Assembly: GCF_026210795.1 (NCBI RefSeq)
Contig: NC_089435.1
Location: 1,178,001 to 1,242,000 of the forward strand
DNA length: 64,000 nt
Reading direction: 5' to 3'
DNA from: Rhizophagus irregularis
Taxonomy: Eukaryota
Part shown: piece after piece, positions 63,401-64,000 of the stretch
Position numbering within the stretch: position 1 is the stretch's first letter
Layout of the letters: each line of letters begins with the position of its first letter
The notes under the pieces: generated by a model
The model's input: the letters and a program-made list of their open reading frames with translations, nothing else
The model's database searches: none
What the model was told of the DNA's origin: nothing
Made by a program: the position numbers and the translations under genes

Positions 63401-64000
63401 TCTCAGGATTGAGGTCCTCAATCTTGCTAAATATGCGTGGACAAACAGGAGTGGGCATGGGAATTGCATTGAGATTGACTTGTTCCAAGTATGGCTTAAA
63501 TTTTTCTGCCCGAAAGATTCGCTCAAGTTTTTGTGTATGACCATCTTTATATGCAAAGTAAGCACCTAAAGCCCCTTGCAAACATTTTTCAGAAGGCAAG
63601 CCTGTGTCTGGATCTATGAGATCTTTGTTATCAGGATTGATAGTGCACTTCTTATTTGCAAGTGCCTTAGGTGTAAGAATGTATGAGCCTCCTTTTGCTC
63701 GGCGGTAAGTATACGTCTCAATAGTTAATATATCTATACTAACAATTTTCCAACCAGACCCTCCTTTCATAAATTTGACAATTTTATCCGTGATATCTAC
63801 TGCTGATTTTGTTAAATGATCATCTATATCATTCTTTAAAAGAAGTACACGCATGACTCCTCTATGATAAACTTGCTTATATGTTCCACTATTATCTGTA
63901 TATGTAGCCAATATAGTGATAGCTGATTTGATTTGCCCCTTTTCTTCAAGTTCCCTCTCAAGAATTTCTGTTATTTTCTGGCGGGTATCAGCTATTATAC
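60402..64000 (-). CDS. polB: Protein-primed family B DNA polymerase, Polinton type (N-terminus beyond the window)
   Basis: Exo motifs IADFEA, FHNFRGYDSHL, YLKTDVLLL; Pol motifs YVDANNLYGWAM, KLMNNSVYGKT, YMDTDS; endonuclease-VII-like CWIC...DHCHITGKFRGAAHNACNL insert. The frame stays open to 64000. Confidence 0.96.
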   Translation of the reverse strand, partial: IIADTRQKITEILERELEEKGQIKSAITILATYTDNSGTYKQVYHRGVMRVLLLKNDIDDHLTKSAVDITDKIVKFMKGGSGWKIVSIDILTIETYTYRRAKGGSYILTPKALANKKCTINPDNKDLIDPDTGLPSEKCLQGALGAYFAYKDGHTQKLERIFRAEKFKPYLEQVNLNAIPMPTPVCPRIFSKIEDLNPEISINVWEWEEKTGIPKPVIASKNYNRQHIIHLMALTDITKSDEGKYGQKNHFLWIKNPDALIYKDTSHKGKKHLCNRCFQSFPSSKSLTNHQEWCFGLGESPQRVELPVKGKNDFEEFKNFNRTMYAPCVIIADFEADNRKCNENYGGNMHKIMEQKANSFCYMVHWIETDETWGPFLYRGPNATEEFVSRLDKELKRINDVLEVKVERIVTEEAKKEFTKAVSCWICNGNFNQDVQDKKVWDHCHITGKFRGAAHNACNLKLQIEAWKTPIPVVFHNFRGYDSHLVCESVGRSIGAHQIKVIAETFERYKSMKVGQFKYIDSMQFMASSLANLAKNLGTDKPLKKRHFNNFSSEHIDLITRKGVYPYEYIDSHDRFKETELPSIHDFHSTLGGKITQDNYKHAQKVWKEFGCKNLGEYHDLYLKTDVLLLADVWTKFRQTAMHHYGLDPSHYVSAPALSWDGMLKMTGVKIELFTDMTMHDFTEKAKRGGIAMAGHRFLKANNPKMGDSFNPSKPTTWISYVDANNLYGWAMSQYLPIGNYRWEASPEYFKQNLDKQKQILNVILNTKPDAARGYFLNIKAHFPLKTHDYLQDLPPAVDSIAVKKDRLSPYITKLVDNLDGGRFPETEKLVPHLSKHEDYVIHYQELQYYIKLGMVVDEITQVLSFDQDNWLAPYIAKNTNLRQQSKNSFEKDFFKLMNNSVYGKTMENVRKYQDVKLMRMINENDEKKFLKKVRKPSFKYARQLGNTLVGAHMGKASVILNKPIIIGASVLGLSKLLMYRFWYGFVKEKYGNKVRLGYMDTDSFIYHVETEDIYKDMAERPDLFDLNDTKTIGLFKDETPGNVITESYHIRAKSYHYVLADKSTKSKHKGVSKKGMSDMAKDTYFPSLGGTLLDDTVEKDEIFDPMTQVYRDCLFENGVFYAKNVRMRTKNHVISLIESEKKALSPIDTKRWIWSDGISSLPFGHWRIQVYKKLLERGTSHEAAEKIAIGTRLPEKY

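Larger units (their letters stand above)
53437..64000. mobile_element. Polinton/Maverick-like element (left part; continues beyond the window)
   Basis: Protein-primed PolB plus rve integrase, dense intronless genes on both strands, a GC rise at ~53437 and a structured repeat-rich end. The left boundary (AGTAGG at 53437) is tentative. Confidence 0.85.

Overview
Very AT-rich, intron-containing eukaryotic DNA. The gene families present (BTB-BACK-TLDc, F-box/LRR array, Sel1-repeat tyrosine-kinase-like kinase, propeller plus TRP-like channel) point by inference to an arbuscular mycorrhizal fungus (Glomeromycotina, Rhizophagus-like). Bases 1-53 kb are host gene families mixed with mobile DNA: a 5'-truncated poly(A) retroposon with a TSD, several hAT/MULE/Helentron-type MITEs, and an 8.4-kb EnSpm/CACTA-type transposon (CACAG ends, TTT TSD) that splits a Sel1-kinase gene. 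From about 53.4 kb to the window end lies a compact, more GC-rich Polinton/Maverick-like element with a protein-primed PolB and a DDE integrase. The best candidate for a novel system is inside it: a retroelement-type Gag (CCHC knuckle) plus retropepsin cassette with no reverse transcriptase. The cassette is linked through two A10 runs (one needing -1, one needing +1) to a hidden zinc-finger ORF. The element's left end has a perfect 22-bp GAA-loop hairpin and stem-loop repeats. All protein family calls come from motifs recognised by eye; no searches were run.
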